Below, in pieces: positions 47,448-57,934 of a stretch of 64,000 bases of DNA. Source of the DNA: Dongiaceae bacterium. Lineage in GTDB: Bacteria > Pseudomonadota > Alphaproteobacteria > SHNJ01. A model generated the notes under the pieces. It had not been told where the DNA came from. It saw only the letters and a program-made list of their open reading frames with translations, and made no database searches. A program made the position numbers and the translations under genes. Where the stretch lies: assembly GCA_050182275.1 (NCBI GenBank), contig JBFXCK010000002.1:2285-66284 (forward strand), given 5' to 3'. Every line of letters starts with the position of its first letter. The stretch's first letter is position 1.

Positions 47448-48110
47448 CTATGAGAAGAGGGGTAGTTCGGGTTCGCTATCATCGCCGTTAAAGGCCCGGT
47501 AGGCAACCGCTTCAAGCTGTTGCCATAAGGATTTGATCCGATGTTCGGCACCGCCGTCACGCCAAGTCACCTTGGCATCGGGCATTTGCATGGAAGAATC
47601 GCCGGAAACTTGCACGCGGCCCTCGAATCCCTTGGCTTTTAGGATTTGCTGGAGGCGGCCTTGCAAAAGGGGCATGGCGGCTTCGCTAATCGTGATAACC
47701 AATTGCTGTTCGCCTAATGCGGCCTCTAAGGTGCGGTTCAATAATGTTTCCACTTCGACCAAAGTTTCACGCCCTGCCATATAGGGCAGCAATTTTTTAA
47801 TCATGGTGAAAGCCAGTTTGGCCGCCTGTTCGGCGTGCGCCTTGGCTATTTGATCCATTTGCTGTTGGGTGGCGGTGATTTGCTGTTCCAGGCGCGTCAA
47901 GGTTTGCGCAGTCAAGCCTTCAACTGTCGCCATGGCATCGGCTTTGCTGGCGGTTTTACCTTGATTAAAGGCGGCATGTTGGATGGCTTCGATTTGCGCA
48001 TGAGTATAGACCCGGGGCTTGGCCGCGCCGGCGGCAGGCGCTGCAGCATTAGCTAAAACGCCGCCATCAAACGAGGTTTCAAATAAGAATTTGGTAGGAG
48101 TGGTGGTCAT
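47448..48110 (-). CDS. fliH: Flagellar assembly protein FliH (FlbE-position gene)
   Basis: 220-aa protein between fliG and fliN, the same position as Caulobacter flbE/fliH. Sequence motifs are weak. Confidence 0.5.
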   Translation of the reverse strand: MTTTPTKFLFETSFDGGVLANAAAPAAGAAKPRVYTHAQIEAIQHAAFNQGKTASKADAMATVEGLTAQTLTRLEQQITATQQQMDQIAKAHAEQAAKLAFTMIKKLLPYMAGRETLVEVETLLNRTLEAALGEQQLVITISEAAMPLLQGRLQQILKAKGFEGRVQVSGDSSMQMPDAKVTWRDGGAEHRIKSLWQQLEAVAYRAFNGDDSEPELPLFS

Positions 48111-48130
48111 AACCGGTTCTCGAATCTTCC

Positions 48131-49135
48131 CTAGTAAATAAGTTGATCTTCGCCGCCTTGATCGGCGATGATAATTTCACCCTTGTTCGCTAAATCTTTG
48201 GCCACATTAACGATGTAAAGCTGGGCTTCATCGACGTCGCGCAAGCGCACAGGACCCATTGATTCCATATCTTCCTTCATGATCTTACCGGCGCGTTCGG
48301 ACATATTTTTAAAGAACATATCTTTAATCGTTTCCGAAGCGCCTTTAAGCGCGCGGGTAAGCTTGTCTTTTTCCACCACGCGCAAGATGGTTTGGAAGGC
48401 GGTGTTGTCGAGGCGCGCCAGATCGTCGAAGGTGAACATCAAAGCCTTGATCTTCTCGGCCGAATCGCGCGCCCGTTCTTCCAGGGCCGACATAAAGCGG
48501 GCTTCGGTGCCGCGGTCGAAGCTGTTGAAAATTTCAGCAATATCTTCATGCGGATCGCGGCGGTTGGTGCGGGCGAGGTTACTCATAAACTCGGTACGCA
48601 AGGTTTTTTCGACGTCGCTTAATACTTCTTTTTGCACCGATTCCATCCGCAGCATGCGCAAAATGACTTCCATCGAAAAGTTTTCCGGCAGCACGCCCAA
48701 AACTTTGGCGGCATGTTCGGCGCCGATTTTCGACATCACCACCGCAACGGTTTGCGGATATTCGTTTTTCAAATAGTTGGCCAACAGCACTTCATTGACG
48801 TTGGCCAGCTTATCCCAAATCGTGCGGCCAGCGGGGCCGCGGATTTCATCCATAATCCCGTCCAGGCGGCCTTTATCCAAGATTTTGGACAACATCCGCT
48901 CGGTGGTTTCAAAGCTGCCGACAGCACCGGCGGTTGAGAAGTTTTCGGCGAATTCCAGCACCAGTTTTTCAACCAAGTTCGAGTTGACCGAACCGAGCGA
49001 AGCCATCAACTGCGATAATTCGCGAATTTCGTCGTCGTGCATTTTTCCTAAAATGCGCGCGGCGTTTTCTTCGCCCATCGAGAGGAGGAGAAGGGCGGCT
49101 TTTTCCGGGCCATTAAGATTGCGTGACGGATCCAT
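48131..49135 (-). CDS. fliG: Flagellar motor switch protein FliG
   Basis: 334 aa with [15 protein letters not shown] at the N-terminus, the MFTFDDL motif and the C-terminal torque helix region. Confidence 0.94.
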   Translation of the reverse strand: MDPSRNLNGPEKAALLLLSMGEENAARILGKMHDDEIRELSQLMASLGSVNSNLVEKLVLEFAENFSTAGAVGSFETTERMLSKILDKGRLDGIMDEIRGPAGRTIWDKLANVNEVLLANYLKNEYPQTVAVVMSKIGAEHAAKVLGVLPENFSMEVILRMLRMESVQKEVLSDVEKTLRTEFMSNLARTNRRDPHEDIAEIFNSFDRGTEARFMSALEERARDSAEKIKALMFTFDDLARLDNTAFQTILRVVEKDKLTRALKGASETIKDMFFKNMSERAGKIMKEDMESMGPVRLRDVDEAQLYIVNVAKDLANKGEIIIADQGGEDQLIY

Positions 49136-49149
49136 AATTTTATTCTCCT

Positions 49150-50841
49150 CTAATCACCGCGGTTGCTGCCTTCGTAGAGCCAGGTGCGGACCACGGAAAG
49201 AGTTTCTTCAGGGTGTTTCTCAACAATTTCGCTCAAGCGTTTTAAGGATGAAGCTTTGATGCGGCCTTCGATCTGTTTCATATTGATCATCTCATCAAGC
49301 TCCGAGTTGGTCACTTCGGGTAACTCCGGGGCTGCGGACTGGCCGCCACCTCCTGACGGGCCCGGCAGCTGTGCCATGTTCCGGCTTGGGCCCGGTAACA
49401 TAGCGGAACTGCTACCCATATAGCCGCCGCCCATTGGTGCACCGCTCATTAAGCGCGATAGGATGGGTTTGACGACAATTAACAAGGCCAAGATTCCCAA
49501 TACCGCCAAGATCAGCAATTCGGCCAAGCGCATAATTTCTTGTTTGGTAAAGCCCATGATCAGGCCTTCCTTGGCATCGCCGCCAGCATCGGCCGGGAGG
49601 GAAATTTGTTTGAATTGCAAGTTAACGATTTCCACCTTATCGCCGCGTTCTTCGTTAAAGCCGATAGCGGTTTTGATCAGGCCCTCGATTTTCTTTAACT
49701 CATCTTCATTGCGCGGGGCATAGGTTTGCTTGCCTTCTTCATTGGCAGTATAGGTTCCGTCAACCAGCACGGCGACCGATAGGCGTTTGATTTCACCGCC
49801 TTCGCGCACTTGTTGTTTTACCGTTTTCGAGATTTCGTAATTTACCGTTTCTTCGGTGCGGTTGTTTTGATTATTAGCGCCGCCGCCGCCGCCAGCAGAG
49901 CTTCCGCCTTCCGGCAGGTTATTTTGGACGCTGACTGCGCCGCCGCCGGATTCTTGCGATTTTTGAGTTTCTTCAACGGTTTGTTGCGAGCGGGCGACAC
50001 GGCCTTCCGGATCGTACGTTTCGGAAGATATGGTTTGGCGGTCGAAATTCATTTCGGCGCTTACTTGAGCGCGCACCGCGCCATTGCCGAAAGATTTTTC
50101 CAATAAAGTTTCGACTTCGCGCGCCAAGCGGTTTTCAAAGCCCATGCGCATTTCTTCGCTAGTGGCAAGGCCGGCATTGCCGCTGTTGTTGTCATTGCTG
50201 CCGCGGGCAAGCAAATTGCCTTGATCGTCAACAATTGAAATATTATTCGGCTGCAAATTGGGCACGGCGGCTGCTACCAAATGCTGAATCGCCGCAATTT
50301 GGGCGCGTTCTAGACCGATGGCCGAGCGCAATTGCAAAACAATCGAAGCGCTGGGCGGCTGTTTGTCGCGGCTGAATAATTCGCGCGCCGGTAAAACCAA
50401 ATGCACCCGCGCCGAGCGGACGATGGATAAAGAACCGATAGTGCGCGCCAATTCGCCTTCGAGGGCGCGGACATGGTTAATGCTTTGCACGAAGTTGCTG
50501 GTGCCAAGCCCTTCGGCTTTATCAAAAATCTCGTACCCTACCGAACCTCCTTTGGGCAAACCTTCTTGGGCCATTAACATGCGCAGGCGGCCGACTTGAT
50601 CCGAGGGAACTAAAATTTGATTGCCATCGCCCCGCACTTGGACAGGAATATTTAATGATTCTAATTTTTGCACGATTTGGCCGCTGTCACGGGCGTCAAG
50701 GTCGGTATATAAGAGTGACATGCCGGGGGCGGAGAAGCGCGACATTACATAGGCAAAGAAAGCCAAGCACCCCAACAAGGTTAAAAAGATGGGGGCCAAT
50801 CGCATGGGGCCTAAACTGCGTAAGGTATTTACAAAGCTCAC
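49150..50841 (-). CDS. fliF: Flagellar MS-ring protein FliF
   Basis: 563 aa with an N-terminal TM segment, a YscJ/FliF domain ([15 protein letters not shown]) and a second TM segment near the C-terminus. Confidence 0.94.
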   Translation of the reverse strand: MSFVNTLRSLGPMRLAPIFLTLLGCLAFFAYVMSRFSAPGMSLLYTDLDARDSGQIVQKLESLNIPVQVRGDGNQILVPSDQVGRLRMLMAQEGLPKGGSVGYEIFDKAEGLGTSNFVQSINHVRALEGELARTIGSLSIVRSARVHLVLPARELFSRDKQPPSASIVLQLRSAIGLERAQIAAIQHLVAAAVPNLQPNNISIVDDQGNLLARGSNDNNSGNAGLATSEEMRMGFENRLAREVETLLEKSFGNGAVRAQVSAEMNFDRQTISSETYDPEGRVARSQQTVEETQKSQESGGGAVSVQNNLPEGGSSAGGGGGANNQNNRTEETVNYEISKTVKQQVREGGEIKRLSVAVLVDGTYTANEEGKQTYAPRNEDELKKIEGLIKTAIGFNEERGDKVEIVNLQFKQISLPADAGGDAKEGLIMGFTKQEIMRLAELLILAVLGILALLIVVKPILSRLMSGAPMGGGYMGSSSAMLPGPSRNMAQLPGPSGGGGQSAAPELPEVTNSELDEMINMKQIEGRIKASSLKRLSEIVEKHPEETLSVVRTWLYEGSNRGD

Positions 50842-51031
50842 GATTATCTCCGCTCGATCAGGTTGTTTCCTGCAACCTTTGCCAGGCCACTAGGAATTTT
50901 TTGCTTACCTCCTTAATTAAACGGTAGGGCCGTGAAGAATTTATTAACGGCAGGAACTTTTTGCCTAGCACCTATACTTTTCCTCGACCTTTGATCTTTT
51001 TGCCACAGGGGCAAGGCGCTATTATTGAGCT

Positions 51032-51046
51032 TTAATCTTATCTTAA
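51032..51046. promoter_or_regulatory. Candidate CtrA box (TTAA-N7-TTAA) upstream of the fliF operon
   Basis: Exact ttaatcttatcttaa, about 190 nt upstream of the fliF start and downstream of the flgE terminator. Confidence 0.45.
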
Positions 51047-51083
51047 GAACTTAAATAAACCCCTAATACTAAGTATAATTTTG

Positions 51084-51120
51084 CACAAAAAAAGGATCCC
51101 AGCTTTTTAAGGCTGGGATC
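51084..51120 (-). terminator. Rho-independent terminator of the fliK-flgD-flgE unit
   Basis: On the minus strand, gatcccagc-cttaaaaa-gctgggatc followed by cttttttt. It lies 46 nt after the flgE stop. Confidence 0.8.
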
Positions 51121-51165
51121 AAGGGAGGGTCGAGGGGAAACTGTTAAGCCAACCTATCCGGAAGC

Positions 51166-52530
51166 TTAGCCGCGGATGGTTTGCAGCAATTCCTGCAACA
51201 TTTGGTCGGCGGTAGAGATGACCTTGGTGTTGGCGGAGTAGGCGCGCTGCGTCAGAATCATGTTGGCGAATTCTTTGGCGACGTCGACGGTCGAATTTTC
51301 CAAACCGCCAGGCGACATACTGCCGGCGCCGCCTTCGGAAGGCAGGCGCAAGATGTAAAGGCCCGAACGTTCAGTTTGCGAATAGGCGTTGCCGTTTCTT
51401 GGTTCCAAGCCATTGATGGCGGGGAAGTCGGCTACCGGCAGGCGGTAAATCGCACGGGTTTCGCCGTTATCGAAGTTGGCGAATAAAGTTCCGTTTACCG
51501 AGAAGTTAACCCCGGTGAAAGAACCCGGCGCCACACCGTCTTGGTTGGCGAAGTTCAAACGGTAAGCCGCGCCCAGCTGAGTGACTTGCGCGGGCAAATC
51601 GCCGCCGGTGGGAGTTACGGCTGTCGCATCGCCAAAATTAAAGCTGATATTTTGGGTAGTCGAAGCGGGAGCAAAGCTGAATTGCATATCTACATAACCG
51701 GTGGCGGTATCGATCAGCGATGTTGCCGTTGTGCCGGCGAATACGTTGACCAAATTTCCACTTGAATCGAAAACCACACGCAAATGGTCGTCGGCGCTGC
51801 TGCCGTCATAGTTTCCGGGAATCGCTACGCCCGCACCGCTGTAAACGTTGGTGACGGCAGTGTTGCCGGTGGGGAAGGTCAGGCGCCATTCATTGGCCGC
51901 CGCCAGTTTGGTCCAATTGAAGGTGGTGTTTTGGTTGATGCCGAGCGTGTCAAACAACTGAATCGGCGTACCGCCCGTCACCGTTTCGCCGGTGGCGGCG
52001 TTAGCCGGTAAGTTCAGGCCGACATTCACCAGCGAGGTCGCGCGCGGCGTGCCGGTGATATTGCCGATATTGACGGTTTCCAGCGAAGCAACGTCGGAAG
52101 TATTGCTTGGCAAGTTGCCCGAAGCATCCAGACGGAAGCCTTGCAAATAAAGACCGGCGGTGTTTTTCAAATAGCCTTGCGCATCGGGGCGGAACGAGCC
52201 GGCGCGGGTATACAAATATTCATCCCCCGTGCCAGGTGTGCGTGACGTATTAACTACGAACAAGCCGGTGCCGATAACACCTAAGTCCAGATCGTTACCT
52301 GTCGCTTGCACCAAGCCTTGCACGTCGATCGAGTGGAACGGGTTCGAGGCCACACCGCCCGGCGAGTGAATACTTTGGTTCGATTGGGTAACCAAGGTTG
52401 AGAAACGCGTATCAACGCGTTTATAACCGGCAGTGTTAACGTTAGCGATGTTATCCGAAATGGTAGCGAGCGATTGCGCTTGCGCCGACAAACCCGACAC
52501 ACCGGTAACGAGGGCATTAAAAACACTCAT
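51166..52530 (-). CDS. flgE: Flagellar hook protein FlgE
   Basis: N-terminal rod/hook motif (ALVTGVSGLSAQAQSLATISDNIANVNTAGYKR) and C-terminal MILTQRAYSANTKVISTADQML. Confidence 0.93.
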   Translation of the reverse strand: MSVFNALVTGVSGLSAQAQSLATISDNIANVNTAGYKRVDTRFSTLVTQSNQSIHSPGGVASNPFHSIDVQGLVQATGNDLDLGVIGTGLFVVNTSRTPGTGDEYLYTRAGSFRPDAQGYLKNTAGLYLQGFRLDASGNLPSNTSDVASLETVNIGNITGTPRATSLVNVGLNLPANAATGETVTGGTPIQLFDTLGINQNTTFNWTKLAAANEWRLTFPTGNTAVTNVYSGAGVAIPGNYDGSSADDHLRVVFDSSGNLVNVFAGTTATSLIDTATGYVDMQFSFAPASTTQNISFNFGDATAVTPTGGDLPAQVTQLGAAYRLNFANQDGVAPGSFTGVNFSVNGTLFANFDNGETRAIYRLPVADFPAINGLEPRNGNAYSQTERSGLYILRLPSEGGAGSMSPGGLENSTVDVAKEFANMILTQRAYSANTKVISTADQMLQELLQTIRG

Positions 52531-52631
52531 GATAAACTCCTATGCAAGACCTATCCTCTACCTGCTTTTCATCCAAGGTGGTTCCTAACTGTCCCACCTA
52601 TTTCGTTTTCCTCAAGACCCGGTCTTACTTT

Positions 52632-53303
52632 TTAATTAGCGGCGATTCCCACTCTCATAATACGGTCGAAAGTGTAGGGCGTATTGCCGAATAACAGCGC
52701 TTTATTGTTCAAGGCGGTGTTAACGCCGGTTACGGTGCCGATAAAGCTGGTAACCGTGGTAACGCGTTCAGTTGCAACGCCATTATTTCTGCTGGCGATC
52801 ACTTCAATTTTATAAGTGCCTGCGGGAAGATCGTTGCCGTTGGCGTCTTTGCCGTCCCAGGTAATTTCATGGCGGCCCGCGGCGGTGGGATTATCGGTTA
52901 ATGTACGAACAATGGTGCGGCCATCTTCGCTGCGGATATTGATTCTAACTTCGCTAGCGGCATTTTCCATCGTATAAGCAAATCTTGATTGGCCATCGGC
53001 AAGATTGATCATATCACCCAAGACTTCAACACTCTTGCCCAGGAAGCCCAGGCTGTTGATGGTGGCTGTATCGCTTTGCAGGCTGATCAATGTTTCAAGG
53101 TTCTGATTGGTGCTGATCGCTTGTTCAACATTGGCATATTGCACCAATTGATTGGTGAATTCGGCCGTATCCATCGGCTGCAGCGGGTCTTGGTTCTGCA
53201 ATTGCGTGGTTAGCAAGAACAAGAACTTGTCAAAATTATCCGCCAGCGCCGCACGCGAAGTCGTGGTATGCGGGGTAGAGGATGAAACGGGTGAAACAGC
53301 CAT
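52632..53303 (-). CDS. flgD: Flagellar hook assembly (cap) protein FlgD
   Basis: FLFLLTTQLQNQDPLQPMDTAEFTNQLVQYANVEQ plus a C-terminal FlgD Ig-like region. Confidence 0.9.
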   Translation of the reverse strand: MAVSPVSSSTPHTTTSRAALADNFDKFLFLLTTQLQNQDPLQPMDTAEFTNQLVQYANVEQAISTNQNLETLISLQSDTATINSLGFLGKSVEVLGDMINLADGQSRFAYTMENAASEVRINIRSEDGRTIVRTLTDNPTAAGRHEITWDGKDANGNDLPAGTYKIEVIASRNNGVATERVTTVTSFIGTVTGVNTALNNKALLFGNTPYTFDRIMRVGIAAN

Positions 53304-53315
53304 TAGTCTATACTC

Positions 53316-54743
53316 CTAAACACGGATATCGAGACGTTCATTGTTAGACAGATGCAAGTTATATGCCGTTGCCTGTTCTTCCGCCGCCGTTATGCCGTTG
53401 GCGCCGGCATATTTGCCGGAAGAGCCGGATTGCTGGTCATGGGCATCTTGGAAGCGGTGGGCCAAATTGTCTTGGCGCAAGTTAAAGCTTAATTGGTTGG
53501 AATCGGTTTTTAAGCCGGCGTCTTGCAAGGCGCGCTCAAGGCTTTTCGCGTCATGCTGCAGCCATTGATAAGTTTCGGGCTTGTCGGCGGAAATTACCGC
53601 TTTAACGCTGCCGTCTTTATGTAAATCCAAACGCACTTCAACCCGGCCTAAATCTTCCGGGTTTAGATTAATTCTGATGCGGTCAACGCCTTCTTTAACG
53701 GCCTTGACGATATGCACGGCAACTTGTTCAGTGGCGGCGGGCAAATGGGGGTTTCTCGCGGCTGCGGCGATTGTCGAATTAATGGCGGCGCTTTGGGCGG
53801 GAAGATTGATGCCTTGACCGGTGAATTGCACATTGACCGAAGATTTATCTTCCGCGCTTTGCGCTAAGGTAAAGCCGGCTTTAGCAAGATTATCCTTGCC
53901 TTCTTTATTTTGAACGGCAGAGGCAAGTTTTTCGAGGATTTTTTGATCGGCTGAGGAAGAGGTTTCATCCTCGTTTACAGACAGGCTGCTAAATGTTTGT
54001 TCGCCCGGCAATTGAGCGGCGAAAGCGGGTTTATTATCCTTTTGCGGAGCCGCCGCGGCAATTATTTGCGCTTGCGGCATAACCTGTTCTTGAACGCCTT
54101 GCTTTAATAAAGCCAAGGCTTCTTTATTGGCTTGGGCAAGCAGCGTATCAACTGGCGCTTTACCATCATCTAACAGCGGATCTAAAGAATTAGGCGACGC
54201 CGCTGCAATAACCAAATCACCTGTAATCAAGGGTAAGGCGGGCATAGCCGGAATATTGCCGATTTTGGCTTCAGTTTTAACGGCTGCGGCGGCTGACTGG
54301 GCTGTTGGCAAGAAAGTCTCGCCCGCGGCAACTACCGGCTGGCTTTGAACGGCGGCGACTAAAGCGGTGATAGAAAAATCTGCTGCTTCGGCGGTTTCTG
54401 CTTTTTCACTTTGATCTTCTTCTTTTTTATTATAAACCGGCTTTGGTTCGGCTTGTTTTTGAGCGGTTTTAAATTCTTGATTATCTTCAAGCTCATTGGA
54501 AACATCGGTTGCCTTTTGCTCTTCGGATTTTGGCGCATCCGGACGCGATGGGGAAAGGGTTTTTTCCGCGCGTGGCGTTAAAGTTTCTTTAATTTTGGCC
54601 GGCGCTGAAGGCAAAGTAAAACGAGCGGGAGAGCTAACGGAAGTTGATTTGAGCAAATCGCTAAATTGATCGCGCACAAAGCCGCTTGCACCGCCTGGGG
54701 CGATTAGACTCATCAGATCAATATTGGTCGGTTTGATTTGCAT
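53316..54743 (-). CDS. fliK: Flagellar hook-length control protein FliK
   Basis: 475 aa with a low-complexity N-terminal region and a C-terminal Flg_hook-type segment (RIRINLNPEDLGRVEVRLDLHKDGSVKAVISADKPETYQWL). It lies upstream of flgD-flgE. Confidence 0.8.
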   Translation of the reverse strand: MQIKPTNIDLMSLIAPGGASGFVRDQFSDLLKSTSVSSPARFTLPSAPAKIKETLTPRAEKTLSPSRPDAPKSEEQKATDVSNELEDNQEFKTAQKQAEPKPVYNKKEEDQSEKAETAEAADFSITALVAAVQSQPVVAAGETFLPTAQSAAAAVKTEAKIGNIPAMPALPLITGDLVIAAASPNSLDPLLDDGKAPVDTLLAQANKEALALLKQGVQEQVMPQAQIIAAAAPQKDNKPAFAAQLPGEQTFSSLSVNEDETSSSADQKILEKLASAVQNKEGKDNLAKAGFTLAQSAEDKSSVNVQFTGQGINLPAQSAAINSTIAAAARNPHLPAATEQVAVHIVKAVKEGVDRIRINLNPEDLGRVEVRLDLHKDGSVKAVISADKPETYQWLQHDAKSLERALQDAGLKTDSNQLSFNLRQDNLAHRFQDAHDQQSGSSGKYAGANGITAAEEQATAYNLHLSNNERLDIRV

Positions 54744-54768
54744 GATATTTTATCTCAACCCCTTGTCT

Positions 54769-54784
54769 TGCAAATTTTGGGCCA
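54769..54784 (-). promoter_or_regulatory. Candidate sigma-54 promoter of fliK-flgD-flgE
   Basis: The minus strand reads TGGCCC-AAAAT-TTGCA with GG-N10-GC spacing, 26 nt upstream of the fliK ATG. Confidence 0.6.
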
Positions 54785-54905
54785 AGGCGGGGCATACATT
54801 AAGTAACTGAAATAAATGGTTTTTTTCTCCTCCAAAGCCGGTAAAACCGGCAGGGAGGAAAATTCGTTCAGGCGGCAGGTAGGCAATCTTTCGCATTATG
54901 CTTTT

Positions 54906-54940
54906 CACAAAAAATAAAGGCAGGCGCTCATGCCTGCCTT
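54906..54940 (-). terminator. Rho-independent terminator after the class A flagellin / fliS unit
   Basis: On the minus strand, aaggcaggc-atgagc-gcctgcctt followed by tattttttg. It lies 26 nt after the stop of 54966..55409. Confidence 0.75.
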
Positions 54941-54965
54941 TTACGAGGAGGATCAACAGGAAATT

Positions 54966-55409
54966 TTACGCGCCAACGCCCATACCGGCAGTGTCGGCAG
55001 TCGCCATGCTGGCGGCTTGTGCGGTTAAAGTTAAATCCACTTCCGACCAAGAATCGCGCAAATTTTTCAAGATGCCGATAATGTGGCGGGCAGTGTGGAC
55101 GTCATTATAAAAGCTGATGCGCGGCAGGCGCGACAAGATAAAGCCATACAAGCTGCCCAAATTATTGGCGATTTCGCCGCCTTGCTCATGATCCAAGCTC
55201 ATATACAATTCGGTTACCAAATCGCTGGCTTTGGTCATCGCCATGCAACGGGCTTCGATATCGCCCTTTTCGATCGATTCGCAAGCTTGCTCCAAGCAGC
55301 CGATCGCCATGTCATAGCTAAGAACGATCAAGCCGGCGGGCGTTGCGCCCATAACGGTGCTTTCAAGTTCGCTGTAAGATAAGGAAAGAGGATTCATTTT
55401 AATCTCCAT
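54966..55409 (-). CDS. fliS: Flagellar export chaperone FliS, second copy
   Basis: 147 aa with a four-helix FliS pattern (LIVLSYDMAIGCLEQACESIEKGDIEARCMAMTKASDLVTELYMSLDHEQGGEIANNLGSLYGFI). It lies directly downstream of the class A flagellin pair. Confidence 0.8.
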   Translation of the reverse strand: MEIKMNPLSLSYSELESTVMGATPAGLIVLSYDMAIGCLEQACESIEKGDIEARCMAMTKASDLVTELYMSLDHEQGGEIANNLGSLYGFILSRLPRISFYNDVHTARHIIGILKNLRDSWSEVDLTLTAQAASMATADTAGMGVGA

Positions 55410-55420
55410 TGGCTAGGCTT

Positions 55421-56608
55421 CTATTGGAACAGTTTGAGTAAGTTTTGCGGGATTTGGTTGGCCTGCGCGATCATGGCGATGCCGGCTTCCTGTAAAATCC
55501 GCAGATTGGTGAACTTCGACATTTCGGCAGCCGTGTCGAGATCGAGGTAAGCCGAACGGGCGGCTTCCAGATTTTCGATAACGACGGCGACGTTCGAGGC
55601 GGTGGATTCCATCCGCGACTGAGCCGCGCCGATTTCCGATCTTGCATTCAAAAGCAAGTCGATGGCGATTGAAGAGGCGGCGTAGGCCGAATCGGCGCCG
55701 GCTTGCGTCGAGATATCGCTGTTGGTGATGCCTAAAGCAGTTGAGTTAACCGCTTTGACGCCGATGCTGATTTCATTGTTCGAGGCGCTAGCGCCAACCG
55801 CAACGCGGTAGCTTAAGTTGGTCACGCCGTTGATGGTGCCCGATAAGCTGCCCGAAGCGCTGGCGATAGTCGCTTGCGAGTTAAAGGAGGTGTTCAGCGA
55901 AATGGTGACATATCCGTTATCGCCAGCCACCTGCGTAGCGCCGGTGCCGAAGCTTCCGACACGGTATAAACGCACGGCGGTGCCGTTGGTTAAACTGTTG
56001 CCGGTGCTAAGCGTGCTATCCAAGGTTCCTTGATAGCTGGAGCCGCCGACTTGGGCGCGGAAAGTATAATCGCCGCTGGAATATTGCAAAGCCAGCAAGT
56101 TGTTGCCGGTCGAAGCCATGCCGCCAACGCCGATTTCCAAAACGCCGGCGCCGGTGCCGAAACCGGTAACCGCGCCAAGCAATTGGTTCGAATTGACCAA
56201 GGTAACGCTATTAAAGGTGGTTGAAGCCGCAACCCGGTCGATTTCACTGATCAGTTGCTGATATTCGGTGTTCAACATGCCGCGTTCAACGTTGGATAAT
56301 TGGTTAGAACCGGCTTGGGCGGAAAGCGATTTCAAGCGCACCAGCATGTCATAAACACGGGTCATCGCGCCTTCGCCGATTTGCAACATCGAGATTGCTT
56401 GAGTGGTGTTGACTTGAATTTGGCGGAAAGCGATAACGTCGGAGCGGATACGGGAACCGATCGCTAACGAAGCAGCATCGTCTTTTGCCGAGGCGACACG
56501 TTGGCCGGAAGATAGACGGGCCAAAGATTGCGTCATGTCCATGTCGGAGGCGACAAGGTTACGGTGCGCAATGCTTGCGGTTTGGTTGGTGATTAAATTT
56601 AAAGCCAT
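55421..56608 (-). CDS. Flagellin, class A, copy 2
   Basis: 395 aa with a conserved flagellin N-domain (LARLSSGQRVASAKDDAASLAIGSRI) and C-domain (IGAAQSRMESTASNV...QANQIPQNLLKLFQ). Confidence 0.96.
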   Translation of the reverse strand: MALNLITNQTASIAHRNLVASDMDMTQSLARLSSGQRVASAKDDAASLAIGSRIRSDVIAFRQIQVNTTQAISMLQIGEGAMTRVYDMLVRLKSLSAQAGSNQLSNVERGMLNTEYQQLISEIDRVAASTTFNSVTLVNSNQLLGAVTGFGTGAGVLEIGVGGMASTGNNLLALQYSSGDYTFRAQVGGSSYQGTLDSTLSTGNSLTNGTAVRLYRVGSFGTGATQVAGDNGYVTISLNTSFNSQATIASASGSLSGTINGVTNLSYRVAVGASASNNEISIGVKAVNSTALGITNSDISTQAGADSAYAASSIAIDLLLNARSEIGAAQSRMESTASNVAVVIENLEAARSAYLDLDTAAEMSKFTNLRILQEAGIAMIAQANQIPQNLLKLFQ

Positions 56609-56631
56609 GACAATAACCTCGCTTTAAGTTG

Positions 56632-57846
56632 CTATTGGAACAGTTTGAGTAAGTTTTGCGGGATTTGGTTGGCCTGCGCGATCATGGCGATGCCGGCTTC
56701 CTGTAAAATCCGCAGATTGGTGAACTTCGACATTTCGGCAGCCGTGTCGAGATCGAGGTAAGCCGAACGGGCGGCTTCCAGATTTTCGATAACGACGGCG
56801 ACGTTCGAGGCGGTGGATTCCATCCGCGACTGAGCCGCGCCGATTTCCGATCTTGCATTCAAAAGCAAGTCGATGGCGATTGAAGAAGCGGCGTAAGAAG
56901 AATCGGCTCCGGCTTGCGTCGAGATGTCGCTGCGGTTAATGCCGAGCGCGCGGGTGTTAACGCCACGCACGGCGATAGCGATTTCATTGTTCGAGGCGCT
57001 GGCGCCGACTGCGACACGGAAAGATAGATTCGTTGTGCTGGAGGTAGTGCCAATGCTGACGTTGTCGCTCGAGCCTTGCGTGCCGGTGCCGGTATTGATA
57101 TCGGCGGCGCTGTTAAAGGCGGTGCTAAGGCTGATAGTAATGTAGCTGTTATCGCCGGCGACGATCGATGCGCCGGTGCCAAGCGTGCTGACGCGGTATA
57201 AACGGACGGCGGTGCCGTTGGTTAAAGCGGTGCCGGTAGCTAAAGAACTGTCCAAGGTGCCTTGGTAGTAAACGCTGGTGGTGCCGACTTGGATGCGGAA
57301 AGAATAATCGGTTGAGGAATAACGGGCGGTTAAAAGAGTGCCGGTTGCAAAACCCCCGGCGGCCAAATCGATAATACCGTTTGCGCCGATCGAAAAACCG
57401 CTGCCATTGCTTTGAATCGTATTATTGGCGTTGGTGATAGTGGTGCCGTTGAAAGTGGTGGAGGCGGTCACGCGGTCGATTTCATCCAGCAATTGCTGAT
57501 ATTCGGTGTTCAACATGCCGCGCTCGACGTTGGATAATTGATTGGAGCCGGCTTGGGCGGAAAGCGATTTCAAGCGCACCAGCATGTCATAAACACGGGT
57601 CATCGCGCCTTCGCCGATTTGCAGCATCGAGATTGCTTGGGTGGTGTTGACTTGAATTTGGCGGAAAGCGATAACGTCGGAGCGGATTCTGGAGCCGATA
57701 GCGAGTGAGGCGGCATCGTCTTTTGCCGAGGCTACACGTTGGCCGGAAGATAGACGGGCCAAAGATTGCGTCATGTCCATGTCGGAAGTGACAAGGTTGC
57801 GGTGCGCAATGCTTGCGGTTTGGTTGGTGATTAAATTTAAAGCCAT
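56632..57846 (-). CDS. Flagellin, class A, copy 1
   Basis: 404 aa. The termini are near-identical to 55421..56608, and the central domain has diverged. Confidence 0.96.
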   Translation of the reverse strand: MALNLITNQTASIAHRNLVTSDMDMTQSLARLSSGQRVASAKDDAASLAIGSRIRSDVIAFRQIQVNTTQAISMLQIGEGAMTRVYDMLVRLKSLSAQAGSNQLSNVERGMLNTEYQQLLDEIDRVTASTTFNGTTITNANNTIQSNGSGFSIGANGIIDLAAGGFATGTLLTARYSSTDYSFRIQVGTTSVYYQGTLDSSLATGTALTNGTAVRLYRVSTLGTGASIVAGDNSYITISLSTAFNSAADINTGTGTQGSSDNVSIGTTSSTTNLSFRVAVGASASNNEIAIAVRGVNTRALGINRSDISTQAGADSSYAASSIAIDLLLNARSEIGAAQSRMESTASNVAVVIENLEAARSAYLDLDTAAEMSKFTNLRILQEAGIAMIAQANQIPQNLLKLFQ

Positions 57847-57917
57847 ATGCTATCTCCCTTAGATGCAGCAACCGGATAAGCAGATGCCGCGAAAAACTTG
57901 TTACCTGGGGAGATAAG

Positions 57918-57934
57918 AGCAAAGGGCGGGCCAA
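57918..57934 (-). promoter_or_regulatory. Candidate sigma-54 promoter of the class A flagellin unit
   Basis: The minus strand reads TTGGCCC-GCCCT-TTGCT with GG-N10-GC spacing, about 72 nt upstream of the flagellin ATG. Confidence 0.6.

Noticed and set aside
54750-54956. A 68-aa minus-strand ORF between fliS (copy 2) and fliK.
   Set aside because: It spans a terminator hairpin, the palindromic dyad and the sigma-54 promoter. It has no SD and an implausible composition.
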